Positions 23,001-37,456 of a stretch of DNA of 64,000 nucleotides are shown here, piece after piece; the stretch's first letter is position 1, and each line of letters begins with the position of its first letter. Where the stretch lies: positions 2,760,485 to 2,824,484 of the forward strand of contig NC_134027.1 in NCBI RefSeq assembly GCF_964204645.1, written 5' to 3'. The DNA is from Tubulanus polymorphus (Eukaryota; Animalia; Nemertea). The notes below the pieces were generated by a model. The model was not told where the DNA came from. It saw only the letters and a list, made by a program, of their open reading frames with translations, and ran no database searches. The position numbers were made by a program, and so were the translations under genes.

Positions 23001-26000
23001 TTGTGGGTATTTTGGCCGTCACACTCCCAGGGCGCTGACAAGATAATATCAGATGTTTTACGACATAATTTTACTACTTCCGCGAAACGAGATGGTTTGA
23101 GATCGGACGGTTCGGTATTATGCAAGAAGAAAGATATAGGAGCTGTCTCCGCAATCAGAACATTATACTACAGTCTGTCAAGCATCGCGCTCGTAAAAGC
23201 GTAATAAACCTTTTTTAAACACTTCTCCTATATTACTGCTCCTTTATGCGGGCACCGTAAACACATTACGGGGGATTATTTAAGATTTGGATTTGAATGA
23301 ATAATTCCAGTCGACTTCGGATTTCTAGGCTGTTTTTCTCGAGCTATGGAAAGCTAAATTGTGTTCATTTTCGCCGATATCAGCTTCTCCTCGGTCATTT
23401 GAATAACTGTCATTAATTTCATCCGGAGGATTTCATCGCGGACGAGTTAGTCTTATGTAATTTACTATTCCATCGAACGTAGTGCGTAAGACCAAGTACA
23501 CACGTGTGGCTTCCACAACTTCAAAAGCAAGATTAATTACCTTCGCTAATTGAAAATAATATCACCACTTCCATATTGGAAAATGATTAATCATCGAAAT
23601 TTGATTTTTTTTACAACTTATACTGACAATGTATTCACCTCGTTCCGTTCCATTCATTAAGGCAACGTATTCGACATTTTACAATTTGACGCGTAGCTAT
23701 CGACGATATCGCTTTTAATGATCAAGATCGCATCTGTCATATCATCTACAGGAAAAATCCTCAATCGATTCCACTTATAAATTGGGAAAACGAAACACGT
23801 CTTTAATTCAGAGAAAAGTTACTCGCTTCACTTGTTTGCAGACTATGAAATAAACTAAACGCTCAATTCGTCACAGCCGTTGACACTTTCCATTTCGTAT
23901 TGTCATCCATATACATCTTGAGGCTGTCACGATTTTACGTCTAAATTTACATTGCCATTGAGATGCACGGGTGAATTAAGTTAACTAGATAGAAATTGAT
24001 GATAGGGAAAAAAGTGAACCAGAAACGAAATGTCATCAGCTCGTTTGATTTAAGCGGTCTTCTCATCGTGCGAACACATATTTGAACATTCGATCCAACA
24101 TTCAACATTTCTTTGTGTTTCTTAAATTGCAATCGTTATGAGTTATAATGGAGAAATGTTCTTGATAAAACGACGTATCACTTTTCAACCATTCAGCGAA
24201 GTACTATTAACTTGCGTTGAATTCCATCGTTTCCTAACGTAGAGATCCTACATTTTTTCTATGTAATGTATTCGTTTCTAAGTCCGGTAATTGCACTTCG
24301 ACCTATTTTCAGGTGTTGTCCAATCGGATGGTAAGATATTGAGATGATCTTCCTGTCTAGCTGGGGTCCGTTCTGTGATGTGTTTTAATCGGAAGAGAAA
24401 TCGAATTTCATCTACAGATTTTGTCGAGTCGCCCAGGCAACCCTTCAGACAACCATCCTATTACTTTACAGCTATTTAGTAGGTAAGCCATGATTCAATA
24501 AAAACGTCAACTACTGGAAAGGCCATGCGCGCTCTGACTAGCATTTCATCTTTTCTTTTTTGGCTTAGTCACCTGAGAAGCCGATGAAAAAGCTCGCTCA
24601 TGCATTTTCTATTCGAATAGTGTGCCTTATCGAAGTTAGTTTTAATCAACCATTTTCAAGTAGTTTGCGTTCATTCTCTTCGGAATTAAGACGGTTTCTT
24701 TGCCAATATACTTTTGCGAGCTGAACTGTCAGCTTCTCTTAGACGAGAAGAGTTCGTTCATACACGTTATTCGCCTTTAGTTAGTGTATCCAATCCATCT
24801 TTATTACTTACAATCAGTCAATTTCCTACTAAGGTACAATCAGTTCATGTGACCTAGCAACCACATAAGCTAGCAGCCGCTAATCAGTCGCCTGAATTTG
24901 TCACCTATTCGTCTTCTTTGGTACGCATGGAATACCACAAGAACTGTCACATATTTTCAACAGGTTCACGGCGCCGGTCACTCTCACTTCATCTACATAC
25001 GTCGCTTAAATGAGTCCATCCACATTTCGATGAATATTCCGTTCACTCCTCGCAAAACTAACCGACTTTCCTTACAAGCCTGAACAATTATTGTTTCGAT
25101 AAATTCAAAAGGTACTTTTTGCTAAGATGAACAGTGCACAGGTAGAGTGAACCATGAGATTGATTCATCTCGGTGTATAGTGAAATGTAATAAAGTCATC
25201 TCTGCATCTAATTTATAACTGTAATCAACCATTGTCTAACTATCAAACCAAACAACATGTGATTTATTCGAACGATAATGTCACGGACGCAAGAATGTGT
25301 GACTAAATTAATATCCACCAATTGGTACGTAAATCATTGCCTGAAAAGGAAAAGTCCGAATGGCACCTTGGGACTATAGTTTGTGCTTTAAACGACTGAA
25401 TTTATTTTCGATTGCTTTCGGTAAAAGGTTTATCTTCATCTAAAGATGTAAGACGCATCTGTGGTCATAGGATGTAAACGGATTTCACTTTGCCTCACTA
25501 CAGAATGCTTCTAAATATGGCACTAACAGTCAGCAAGACGATCAATCTTCTTCGATAAAGTATTGTTTCTCTTTGCCCGTTATTGACAGAATTTTAGTAC
25601 TAAGAATGTTCCCAGAATCGTCTAGATAATCACGTCCTGAAATGATATAAGCATTAATGCGTACCTTGCGGGTGGTAAGCCATCTGGAACATGGCGAATC
25701 TCCGGTACCCATTAATCCACCATGCATCCATATTTATACACCTAATATACCACGTAGATCATATGTATGCCTAAAGCATAGACATACCACGAACTTCAAT
25801 GGGAGAGTAATAATATTTGATGTCTCTGCGCGGACTTAAGATGGATATTACATGTACGTATTATAAGGACAAAGATCTAGACGACAGGAGTAGTTCAGCT
25901 GCATTTGAGCTCGGTGTCAAAATAAGTATGATGAATGTTTATCTTGCGTCTGATGATTGCGCGTGACTTACCTGACCCCCAACTATAGTCACCAGTATGG

Positions 26001-28127
26001 CCACTTTCCGCCTGATGCCATTTTGAATATTTTTCCCTTAACGCATCTAATTTTCCACATCAACAGCGCAATCCGTCCGCAGGGATTCGAACCTGGTGGA
26101 ATCAAAACTATTCGGGTACAAGGAGCTTGTGTGCAGCCAATCATAAATATGTTTCATTTTTATCCGGGGCATTACATTCATATCAAGTTTTAGGAGTGAA
26201 TCTTAATTGGATGTCTGTCCCAGATTTTGACTAGCGAATAAGTATCTATGTTAGTGATTTAATACCTTAAAATATTTTGCAGCTATATATTTCTACATTA
26301 TCATACATACTGACAAGTGAATATGGAAGGTGAAAATTCTGAGCACGAATCATCTCAGTGTGTGCGCGGCTATCTACTGATATTTGATCGTATTACTTAG
26401 TTTACCTTGGTTTATTTATGTGCACGGCCAAAATGATAGACTTTGTATCTTGTAGAAACTTCGTGTAGGGATAATTGGCTCTAAATCGGATTTTCTATCG
26501 GATGATATCATCAGGAATATTCGGAACGCTAACAGCATCTCACGGAAAATATGAATATTTTCATAAAGTGTTTTGAACTTCTGGACATGTTTGGTTATAT
26601 GTTAGATTAAGATTTTTTGCCAGATTCATAACTTTTTGTGATTAAGAATGAAATTGAGAATGGTATATCGCTGTTGGAAAGCGAAAAATAGTCCACATCA
26701 TGGATCGTATGCTAGCTTGAAGGATATTGCTGTGTGTTCGCGGTCTGTTTGATCAACGGACTTCAGTTTGATGAACAGCGTATTAAACACTACGGATGGC
26801 GGTTGACTAGTAAGCCCCTGTGATTGTGTGGAATACGTCTTCAGTTTAAGGAAGTCACGCGACAAATACATCAAAGTTAGCAGACAGACAATCGTCCGTG
26901 ATTAATTTATAACCGCCTGTTTATCAAAGGAATGAACACACGTGCAAATATGCGACTCACGTGTTGGATTTTGAATTCCTTCTGTTAGGTCTATTTATTG
27001 ACTCTGCTTCGGAGCATATGATTTTTCTATGATTATTAACTGACGTAAAAATATCAATCTTTCGAACGAATCCGATATGATTGATGACATAATCTACGCG
27101 TGAATCCCGTCATATCCATCATAGACTTCTAATATTTACATTTAAGAAGTAAATAGCTTTCATTCCGTTTCGTATTTGACTAGCGGGTTGGAATTTGAAA
27201 AAGGAAATAGAAACGGCATCAACGTTTTCAGCGTGTGACGACACAATTCCAATGCGTTGCGATGTTCATTCCCACGTACCTTTACTCATTAGAGCTGTAT
27301 ATATTGAATCGCCGTATTTTTATCATCGAACTATAATGGTGACATTCGTTTCTTTTAGACAGTACAGTGCACTACAATTAAGCGGTAGAATTATAAGGTT
27401 AACTCGGTTTTTATGTCACCCTCGGTGATTCGTGTGGACATTATTTAGATATTACTCGTTGACCAGGTATCCTTCTCTAGTGACTATTCATTACGCTGTT
27501 TTCGTTGCGGAAAGAATTAACGACGCATAAATATTTATCAAGCATCGCCCCGTTATTCCTGTAAGACCAGAAATTATCGCTTATCGTTGATAATTTGCCT
27601 CAAATCTATGAATAATTATCTTATACACATGCCAGGGGTCTAGTTAGCAGAACGGTTTTTCTGTCAATAAAACGAACAAAAGCTCCGGACAATGTTTACG
27701 AAATGACCAAACCGCAGACCTCTCATATTGACGCATTAATCATATATGAGACACTCGTTTCACAGAATTTGTCCATCAAAAACTGTATTAAATATGTATG
27801 ATATCATCTGTCTGTGTTTACCTTTCTTTCGTCTGAACACAATTTTGTAAACATGACATCAAACAACAAATGTCGAGGTCGAGAATATGATTTCTGAACG
27901 CAGTGCTGTGAGCTATCCGTGCATACACGTGTATACACTGGTGCAGGTGCTCGAATATTTTTTTTTCGATTAACCAGAAAACAACTATTGGCCTTGGGTA
28001 GCAAATATGGTATCCACCTAATGTGGCATAGAGACTTTCTCCCTGTTCTTAGACAAGGTGTAGAATGCTGTGGACCCCATGTACACATGACGATGATGTC
28101 ATACTTCGTGAATCTAAAATGGCCATT

Positions 28128-28429
28128 GAGGCCCGTGCCGATCTGGCGGGGGTTTTCGGAGGTAGCGAACGAACCCCCTAAAACTTTCGAAGTGCCCTTC
28201 GAAATCCGTGTCAAAAATTTGGATCATGATTTTGCGAAATTTGCATGCAATTTTCAGGTTTTTTTTCGGTAAATGAAAAGCAATCCATTCTCATATGATT
28301 TATTCAGGTACCCGGGCACTTCATATTTTAGACGTAACCTTTTTCAATAGGAAAGCGGCTCTTCTTATGGTGAAAAGTGCCATTTTTCTTGAAATAGAAC
28401 TGCCCCTCAAAATGCTCGGCACGGGCCTG
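28128..28429. mobile_element. Non-autonomous DNA transposon (MITE), hAT-like, about 300 bp
   Basis: Perfect 13-bp terminal inverted repeats AGGCCCGTGCCGA (28129-28141) and TCGGCACGGGCCT (28416-28428); the right end reads CAGG... on the minus strand. Internal ggggtt...aacccc motif, no coding capacity, no clean TSD. Confidence 0.7.
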
Positions 28430-31400
28430 GGCATCGCTTACTGCAGACCCGACGACGACATACAATTCTTTCCATATTCTAGTTGTTATTGTTTGGTTTT
28501 ACATGATATACATATATAATGTTTGTGTCGCTCAATAATGAGATTACGTGCCCGCGTAGGTTTACTAATTGTTAACTAATTTCATCCTATTATCGCCCGT
28601 TCTGCGTTTCGTCAATCGCCGTTGTACTGAAATAACCCGTTAAAACTATCACAGTAGGCCATATCGAACACCCCGGCGTCTAAATTATTCAAAATTCCAG
28701 AATATAGATTTTCAAAGTGATATATACAATAACAAGCTGTTGGTAGAACTTATATAGTGCGACGAAACCAGCTGTTTGCTCGATATTGAGAACTCGTAAA
28801 AATCTGTTTGGCAAAAATAGGAAAATATATCATATCACCATTGAGCATCGTAATGCGTTAGGAAAATATGTTGTGGTATAATGGTTATTCCTACACATTG
28901 TAATCTCTCATTCATAATCCACAGAGGAGCATTTGGCGATGTTATATGTACTGGTGATAATGTGACTTGAGTAGAAGTTGATGCAGCTGACGCCTGAAAC
29001 TGCGCATTAAAACCTGTCCAAAAATGTCGCTTACATAAAATGTTTACACATTTCACGCTTTCAATTCTTAGAAAGTCGTCAAAGATACCGCTTTTCTCCA
29101 CCTTAAACTCTTACATGAGAAGATCGCCCGATTTTGTAGGCTCCTTGACTGTAGGATCTGAGATCGAATCCTCCCAAACCTAAGTTAGGTTACGTATTTT
29201 CTATCTTATGGACTTATTCAAACTTGATTACGGTACGGAGCCAGGTATTTTGTTTCCGACACTTGGATCATTAATTCTTAGAAAAAAAGATATAACTTTC
29301 AAGCTTGATATATATCATAACCGGCTTGGAGATAACTAATGTGTAATCCCTAGTTTTCAACAAATAGGTAATTACTAGACGTCATTTATTTAATGTAACT
29401 GCCGTAAAAACCTTCACGCTCCAAAGCAGGTTGTAATGCGCTATCACGCTCTAAAAAATCCTTTTAATGTACTTAACGTGGGAAAACTGAGTTACTGTAC
29501 TGTCACGCGAACGACGGCATTTCTTTTGTTTATGAAAACATTCGTATTTGCGGCCGATAGCGTTTTGGTAATGCTCGTACAACGACATTATACATCACTA
29601 ATAGGTTCACATAATATTCATTCATCCGAATGCAGCGTATCTCTGTTGTAAAGTGTATAATTTTCACACATAATAATCAAAACAATTCGACACCGCGTAA
29701 GGCAACCATTAGCACATCGTACAGAAATTCTGATTCATCACATGAAACTGAAATATTGTATTACCGATGATTTAAGTATATCTTTAAAAATCTGAAAGTG
29801 AATAAATGTCGCTATTTATAGTGAATGTGTAATATCGGTGACGATCGGGTAATTTTACATGCCGACCGCAACGGATCATATACAGCTTCAGATTTGAGAG
29901 ATTCATTAGCGAGCGAGAGTTGACATTGGAAATCCATGAGATCAGCTTCATCGGTCGAAATGTCTCACATTACATCCATCAAATTATAATTATCTGAAAT
30001 ATATACACTGAGTTCGAACTTCTAATCCGTTAGCTTCAAAGCAGAGCGAACTAATTTTTGTTCTTCGTTTTGACGTTGTTTTGAATGTTCCAACCCAGTT
30101 CGTAACCACCTCAGGGATTCGTCTATTTATTATCTCTGTATTTGATAGTCACTGGATCAGAACCAAGTTATAGGGGTCGGAATCCCGTTGATGTTTCTAT
30201 TTACGCATCACGTTATATTCACCCTTCAAATAACGTAATAACCTTTACAGCTTGTGCCGTTAATTAACATTTCGCGTATCCATATCTTGTATAACATCAA
30301 ATAGATTTGGAATATAAGAAATATCGCCACAATTTCATCGTCATCAGACTATAAAAAGAGAAGTCATCGCTCATGTTTCCAATTTTCCCTGTCAAGCGTA
30401 TGTGAATAAATTCTAATATGAAACAGAATATTTTACGCATGGTTCACCAACGCAGGGCTGATAAACTCCATACATTATCAGCTAATCGACCATAGACATT
30501 TTCAAACATTTTTTAATGAGATTTTGCTTATTGACAGCGAGATACAGACAATCTTGCTATCAAAAATGAGTTTCTTTGATGGTAAGTCCTTTTATTTTTC
30601 TTTCGTTCTCGTCATTTTTTTTCAATATTTCCATAATTTTGTCAATGATTCTATACGTGAAAGAGAGAGCAATGACTAACGACTGCGATTCGAGGCAAAA
30701 CGAAAAAGTGGCTCAATAAATCTCTGAGATAATCTGACAGTGATCAAATCATTGGGACCTTCTTCAAAATAATGAAGTACGTCTACTTCAGCTTTCCGTC
30801 GCCAATAAATGTTTATCTGACCGGTCGTATCATAGATCCTCGCAAAAGTGGCCGTCGCGAATTCAAATCGTCTGCGAATTGTTGCACAATGATTGGAGCT
30901 ATCTATTCCCGAGCTGATGCAGTTTTCAGAGAAAAATACTTCACCCTATCGAACGTTTCGTCTTTGTGAAGACGTATACCAGCAGCGAACTTCACCACTC
31001 GCATTTTCTATTTGGTTTGATTTTTTGCCGCTATATACGCCACAAAAACAAAAGATGTGCGAATGACCAGTTGCCCATCAGCATTTTTGCGACAGAAAAT
31101 GAAGTCCTTCTCCCGGCGGGCAACATAGCACCAACCGGTGGCGCCGCCCTCGTGCGATTAGCCAACCAGCCAATCAACGCGAAGTTAACATGTCCTTTTC
31201 AGTTCCGGAACTCAGGCGTATTATTATTTTTATTTCTCCTTTTTTAATCGTTGATTATCCTCTTTTTTCGTACTCATCCGATATTTTTGTATACCAAATT
31301 TTTAGATAGGATGTCTAAGAACATTGCTTGCTACATAATGTGTTAGGGATAGTGTTCGAGTCGATGTGTACTACGTCATCAATATTTGGGCTAGACTGGT

Positions 31401-34400
31401 TGCCGGTCAATTCAATGCGATTGATATTTTTCGTGGCGCTAATAAACTTTCGAGTTAGTTTTTTGTTCATTCTTAAGTTGTGCTCTTATTCATCGTCCCT
31501 GTTTAATGACACTAATGAATTATGAAACAGTCTTCATCGATTGATTGATCGATGCACTTAACACAGGGAAGCATTTTTGAAAACAAAGTCACATGCTGTT
31601 AAACTGAAGTAGGCTGCAGTCACCTCATCCTAGAAAATCTCAGTCGCCATCTCGTCGTTGCGGTGTTTACGTCTGTTTTTCCGAATGCGTCAGACATTCT
31701 TCACGCCATATTTATTCATTTAACACTTACCAATTTACCAGTAAAATTTTAACACCTATACGCCTCTGCAAGGAAATTAAACCTCTGCGGGGCTACTACG
31801 ATTTAATGTGTACCCAGTTACATTAGTTCCATCAGGGGATGAATTCGGTTTGTAGTTAGAGCCGATTTGAATTGTAAGTAAACATCTATTCGCCTCCTGA
31901 AACTGATGTATTTTTGATATCGGGATTTCATCAAATCCTTTGATACATGAAAATGATACATAGATTTTAATCTATAAGGACGTCTTCGACTCAGTTGCCA
32001 CTGGTTACTCCATAATCTACGATTAATGATATCTCCAGTGACAGTATACAACGCGTTCGGGATTAGAATTCGAATCTATGGTAAGATAATTGTAATATTT
32101 GAAAAATGAAAAAAAAAATGAAATCATTATCAAGAATTAAAATCAAAGTTAAAAGACACACCGCTTTGGACTCTTTCAAATAGCGGGTATCGGTCTTACT
32201 ATCTAGTCTGAGAATAGTTATTCTGATATTTTGACACTCTATTCAACTCCTCAAAGTTTTAACGTTTTTGCGAAAATCTTATAACAAAAACACAACGATC
32301 TAAGCTCAAATTGCAGTTATTACTGATTAACACGAGTTGATTTTTTTCCATAGCAATAAACTGGGTCGTAGATATCTTTCAGCGTCGTGCAGCTTATTGA
32401 CTAACTCTCGGCAAAAATTGACATGCGGACATTTGGCGCGTGATTAAATCCGATTCGGTCAATACAGATCACGAATCCGTTTATTTGGCATTAATAGACT
32501 GTTCGTCTTAAGTTTCAAGAATGGAACAGAGTCAACAGTAAACGACTGACACATGTCGGTTTCAGGCGTCAGTTGACTAATTATTTCTCCCAGATTTGAT
32601 ACCGCAGCATGTCTTACCAAATGGATTCGGGATCTACTATTTCAATTGTCCATTTTTAGGAACTTTATGCACAGATACCTACGATAGATAAGAACACGAT
32701 AAAACCCCTGCTGGTATTCTTCTTTGACATTTGATATTGGCCAGTATTGAATTTCATTTAAGGGTAAACTTGTTTGTTTGGGGTGAATGGCATATCTATC
32801 GCTGAATGTCTGAATTGCGACTGTATCATGACGTCTAGGGTTTCATATCTGCTCTATGGACAGAATACCCGATAATGACCACGGTGAGATACGGTGATAA
32901 TAACCGATAAACTCGAAAAAACTATCATTTCAGCTTCGGGTGAATCACACGGCATAAATTCATTTCAATTATCCTTTCATTTTACTGACGATTGAAAAGT
33001 CAGTTGTTATGATATCGAAAATCAACGGTTTCTAGCCGCGAGTTGAGTATCGATCTGCAAAAAAACTCGAATATTGTAGCTATGGTTCAATCAATCGAGT
33101 TCCTGTTTAGCAAACGTTTATTTCAGCTGATAATTCCCAGAAAAAAACATCAATAACACCTGTGATTCGCGTGCAACTACGAAATAAATATTAAGTCGGT
33201 ATAGTTGTAATACTATTTGTCGCATTTACGTGAATATCTATCATCCAACGTGATATCACGGGTCATTCGTTGTTGGCGCGTATCTATAAAAAGTCGCTTA
33301 ATAAACTATAAGAATGAACACCGCGTTACATGGATTCAGCTTCTGATTGCATTGACCCCGTATTCGATACCGTCCTCACAACGGTTATTTATGTAAAAGT
33401 AGACATCATAAATTGTAATCAAAACGAGCTTCGGAAATTCGCCGGTTTTTGCGACAAATGTTTTCTTAGTTATTGATACGAATGCGAATACACGACATAT
33501 TAATCAAAATAAATTCATCGGCGAATTGTATAAATTCTATTCGCGCTGTTCGGTATTTGTTCCTAATTTCAATACGAGTTACAAATATAAACCACATCTA
33601 TATTCTGAAATATAATTTCATGATTTTGATATAAAGATAGATGGAAATATGAGAATTTTCATTTAACGCGAGTCACTTAATATGTCGACTTTGTACAAAT
33701 TGAATTCTGTGCTTTCGACCACAAACAAAAAATCAAATTATTCATTTCTGTCTGGGATACAGCTCTCGTGCTCAACGCTGTAAATTCGATTTCTGATGAC
33801 GAACAGCAAACCTTTTTGATGTTAGAATCAGACGTTTTTGCGCTATGGTGTCGATTATTTTAGCTTTATAAAGTAATATGATACTGAAGTAGGTCCCGTG
33901 AGTCTGTTTAGAAAAAACTGCTCTTCGCGCATAGTTCGCCCTGTATATCCCGCTTGATGCGTTAATTCGAGGCAGAATATTCTGGAAGAAATTTAAAATT
34001 CTTCCACTAAAAACAAACACTTCCATTGACATCAATAAATTTTGAATAATTTTCGTATCATATTTCAAGTATCGTATTTATGTATCGTGAAACTTCGTGC
34101 TGGTGTTAACATTAATATGCACGTTTCATTCCCTTTTTACAACGAGTCATCCTAACCAACGAACAAACTATTATTTTCCCTGTTTACCCCGCACAAACAA
34201 TCGGCACTAATTCGGGGCGAGATGTAAATATAGATTGTTTGTGATGTAATTTTGCCCAAAAATCGGCATAAATTGTCACGTTTTATTTGATTTCTTCTTG
34301 CTATTTTTTTCTCCTTTTTGATAAAAGAAACATATGGTGAATACGGGGCATTTTCCGTAGTTATTAAAGAAGGCTATGATTGAAATTGAATTTCCATACT

Positions 34401-37250
34401 GACTGATAATACGTCAATATCCAATTCTGCATTTGACATAAAAAATTCATTTGATCCCATAATCTGTGCTCATGATACGCATGCTCGTCATAGATAACCG
34501 AAACGTCCGTTGTTCGCTGCACTGTGGTTATTGAATTGAAGTACTTGTTCTATGTCGATTGGTATTGCATTATCAAGAGTCGTCGAATGCCTTAAAGTCA
34601 GTTATCAGCTGCATGTCGATATTGTACTTGTAACACATTAATATGTCAAATTTTTCGGCTTAAATGATGTTAATACCGTACAGAGAAGGATCACTCGATC
34701 GTATCGGTGTATGACGAGCATGACGAGCATGCCGAACATTTCATCAAAACCATCAAACTGAAATGAAAAGTAACCAGATACGGAGCGAATCAAGTGCAAA
34801 TTATTTCCTTAATGATTAAGGAGAGAAAATAAATGTTTCACTTTTTAAAACTCATTTCGTGCTGGAAAATTACTCAGTTTTTGCTATTCTGCTGATACTT
34901 TTCGTTAAGGTGTTTCGACGATGCTCGGAACTGATTTTTTTTCCGCTCCGCTATAAATAAAACGAACCGATCAGTTCCACGGGTCAAGGACGCGCTATAC
35001 CTCAAGAAAATTCACCGCGATGTCACGTGTTGTCATTACGGCGTTACTCGAGCAATCTAAAAACAAGCAAAATGCCGCACGTAAGAATAGCCTAATGCCG
35101 GATGTCATTTATCGTTTGTGGGCCACGATTGAACGATCAATGATATGTTTGACTGTCATCAGTCACTAAGATTTGTCTGTCACCGTCGAGCTTTTCTCCC
35201 AATTTTACCCTAATCCCATCCCATTTCCTACTCCTCGAATGACAATTCATGCAAAGCGCATTCAACGATGGCCGAAGGAGTCGACGCAACTTATCACGAC
35301 TTATGTGTTTGGTGAAGATGTTAATCGCGCTCGACAGGTAATCTAATGGTTCCGCTAGACTGCAGTTTGTATAACGACAATTGTCTGCGGCCGGTAACAG
35401 TGATCATTCGGACTATTCGGAAAATTTACTTAGCCACATCCCGCAGACAACTTCCGAAAGCCGAGTTCGAGGCGCTGAAAAAGCGTCGCCGACCTATTTT
35501 CGACGTGACGGTTATCACCGGCACAGCGCGACTCCTCGCTACAGTCACACGTTCATTTGATGATTGAAATCACAATTTTCGCTCACTCGTCACAGAGACA
35601 TGCAATTCTGTAAGTGATACGAGATTATATCCCTTTCGCGAAGGGAAATGTCAGCCATTGAAACCGTCCGTCATTCTCGGAGGTGATCTTCAGTCTGAAT
35701 AAAAGTAGTAAATTAAAGAACTGTGTTTTCTCGCGTGAATTACCCGTGTCCTATTGGAAATTGGAAAATAAACGCAATGTTTGACGTGTTACTCGGCAGT
35801 TTTGCGATCTCTATCGAGACGTGAAAGATTCGTACAACTCACGCGACGAGGCTGATGATCTTTAAACAGCAGGCGAGAAATACCAAACAAAATCAACCAT
35901 TATAAAGCACTAGATGCATTAAGAGAACCAAGTCCTCACTGGAACAAACAACTGGTTATTTTATTATAGGTTATTCCGATTTAGAAAAGAAGTTTTTGTT
36001 GTTTATTTGATTGGTAGATTTCGCTTGATTCGTTTTGATTCTGTATTTTTTACAAACCCGCCACACCTATCGGGAGCTAAACGGGCGTTTGATTTTGAAA
36101 TCGGTAGTAACTGTGTCCGGTGAAGTCTACATCCAAACACCGATCAATGCCGTGGAGAAGTCGCGGTAAAACAGCTGCAGGAAGTTAGGGTATTAATCGA
36201 ATTTGGAGAATGCTTTGTGTGATTATATGGTAATATTAACGTTTATGAGCTACTAATACCACTGTTGAGCGAGATTTCGACCACAATTCTGTCGTATTAT
36301 CCAACCCTCATTACCACTGTGCTCAACATCAAAGTATAAATTATGGCCAGCTAATGTAGATACTTAAGGTGTGTTATGGGGGAGGCAGAACTGAGTTATG
36401 AGGTATAAACCGGTGACAAAGAAAATGCACAATGTCTGCAGCGTCAAGATAATTAAATAGCCAGGTAGAATTTATGCAGTAATCTCTTTTTATGAAGACT
36501 TTGCGGATTTGTGTAATGAGGCAAGATCACGAAGGCACCAGTATAATAATTATATTAAGTAACGTGAATTGATACCATACATCCCGTAGTGTTATGATAT
36601 ATTATGCTCGGTTTTGTATTACGAGAAGTGATTCTTATGAAACCGTACGGTTCCAATTTCTACCATAGAACGCGATATTTCTGGTAAATTGATATGGAAG
36701 TCAGAATATCTGACATGAACATCGAACACTACACGTATAGAATATACACGAGAGAAAAAAATGTTCTATATACATCTTTGATTCGATCTACTTGCCCAGA
36801 CTTGTCAAGAAAATTTAGGAATTATCTGAGATGATTGTTCAACGTGCCACGGAAACCATCTATCTGCTGTATTGTCGGGTTTGCGATACCCGTAAGAATA
36901 TCGCTGAATAAATATCAATCTAAATCGTTTTTGTGTGAATTACGAAGCTTTTCGCTGAAAACTACGTTATCACTCGGTGTAAAGCCAATTTCTCTACGCG
37001 TGTGGTCGGCATTAGCTCGTCGTTTTCTGAGAATTGATTAACCTAAATAGGTGAGTGTTGATTATAAGTGCATTCTTAAATTTTAATCATGACGACCACA
37101 CCTCAACGCGTTGCAAAGTAGGTAGCTTTCAAGTATTTTAAAATGAATGCGTCTACCGGTAGTCGAGGTAACATCAGCCATTGGAATACAAACTCCTGCA
37201 AGTAGTAGACCATTGACACCCTGTTATACCTCTCCAGCCCCTCAGGTATA

Positions 37251-37456
37251 GATCATATCGGCTGAAGTCATTTGGAAGACGTATGTTTTGTACATTTTAC
37301 ACCCATCTTTTGGAATACCCTACCCCGACTCCTAAGTGATATCGACACTCTTTCAATATTCAAAGGACAGATCAAGTTATGTTCAAGTCATCACTTATAT
37401 TTCCGCGGTGCATCTTTGATAATAGTTCTACAATTTACAACGCGCTATACAAATTC
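37251..37456 (+). mobile_element. L2-clade LINE 3' fragment (ORF2 C-terminus plus 3'UTR), copy 2
   Basis: RLKSFGRRMF / (1-nt frameshift) / TPIFWNTLPRLLSDIDTLSIFKGQIK, then ...ctttgataatagtt...tttacaacgcgctatacaaa. Aligns by eye to the reverse complement of 13971-14165. Confidence 0.75.
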
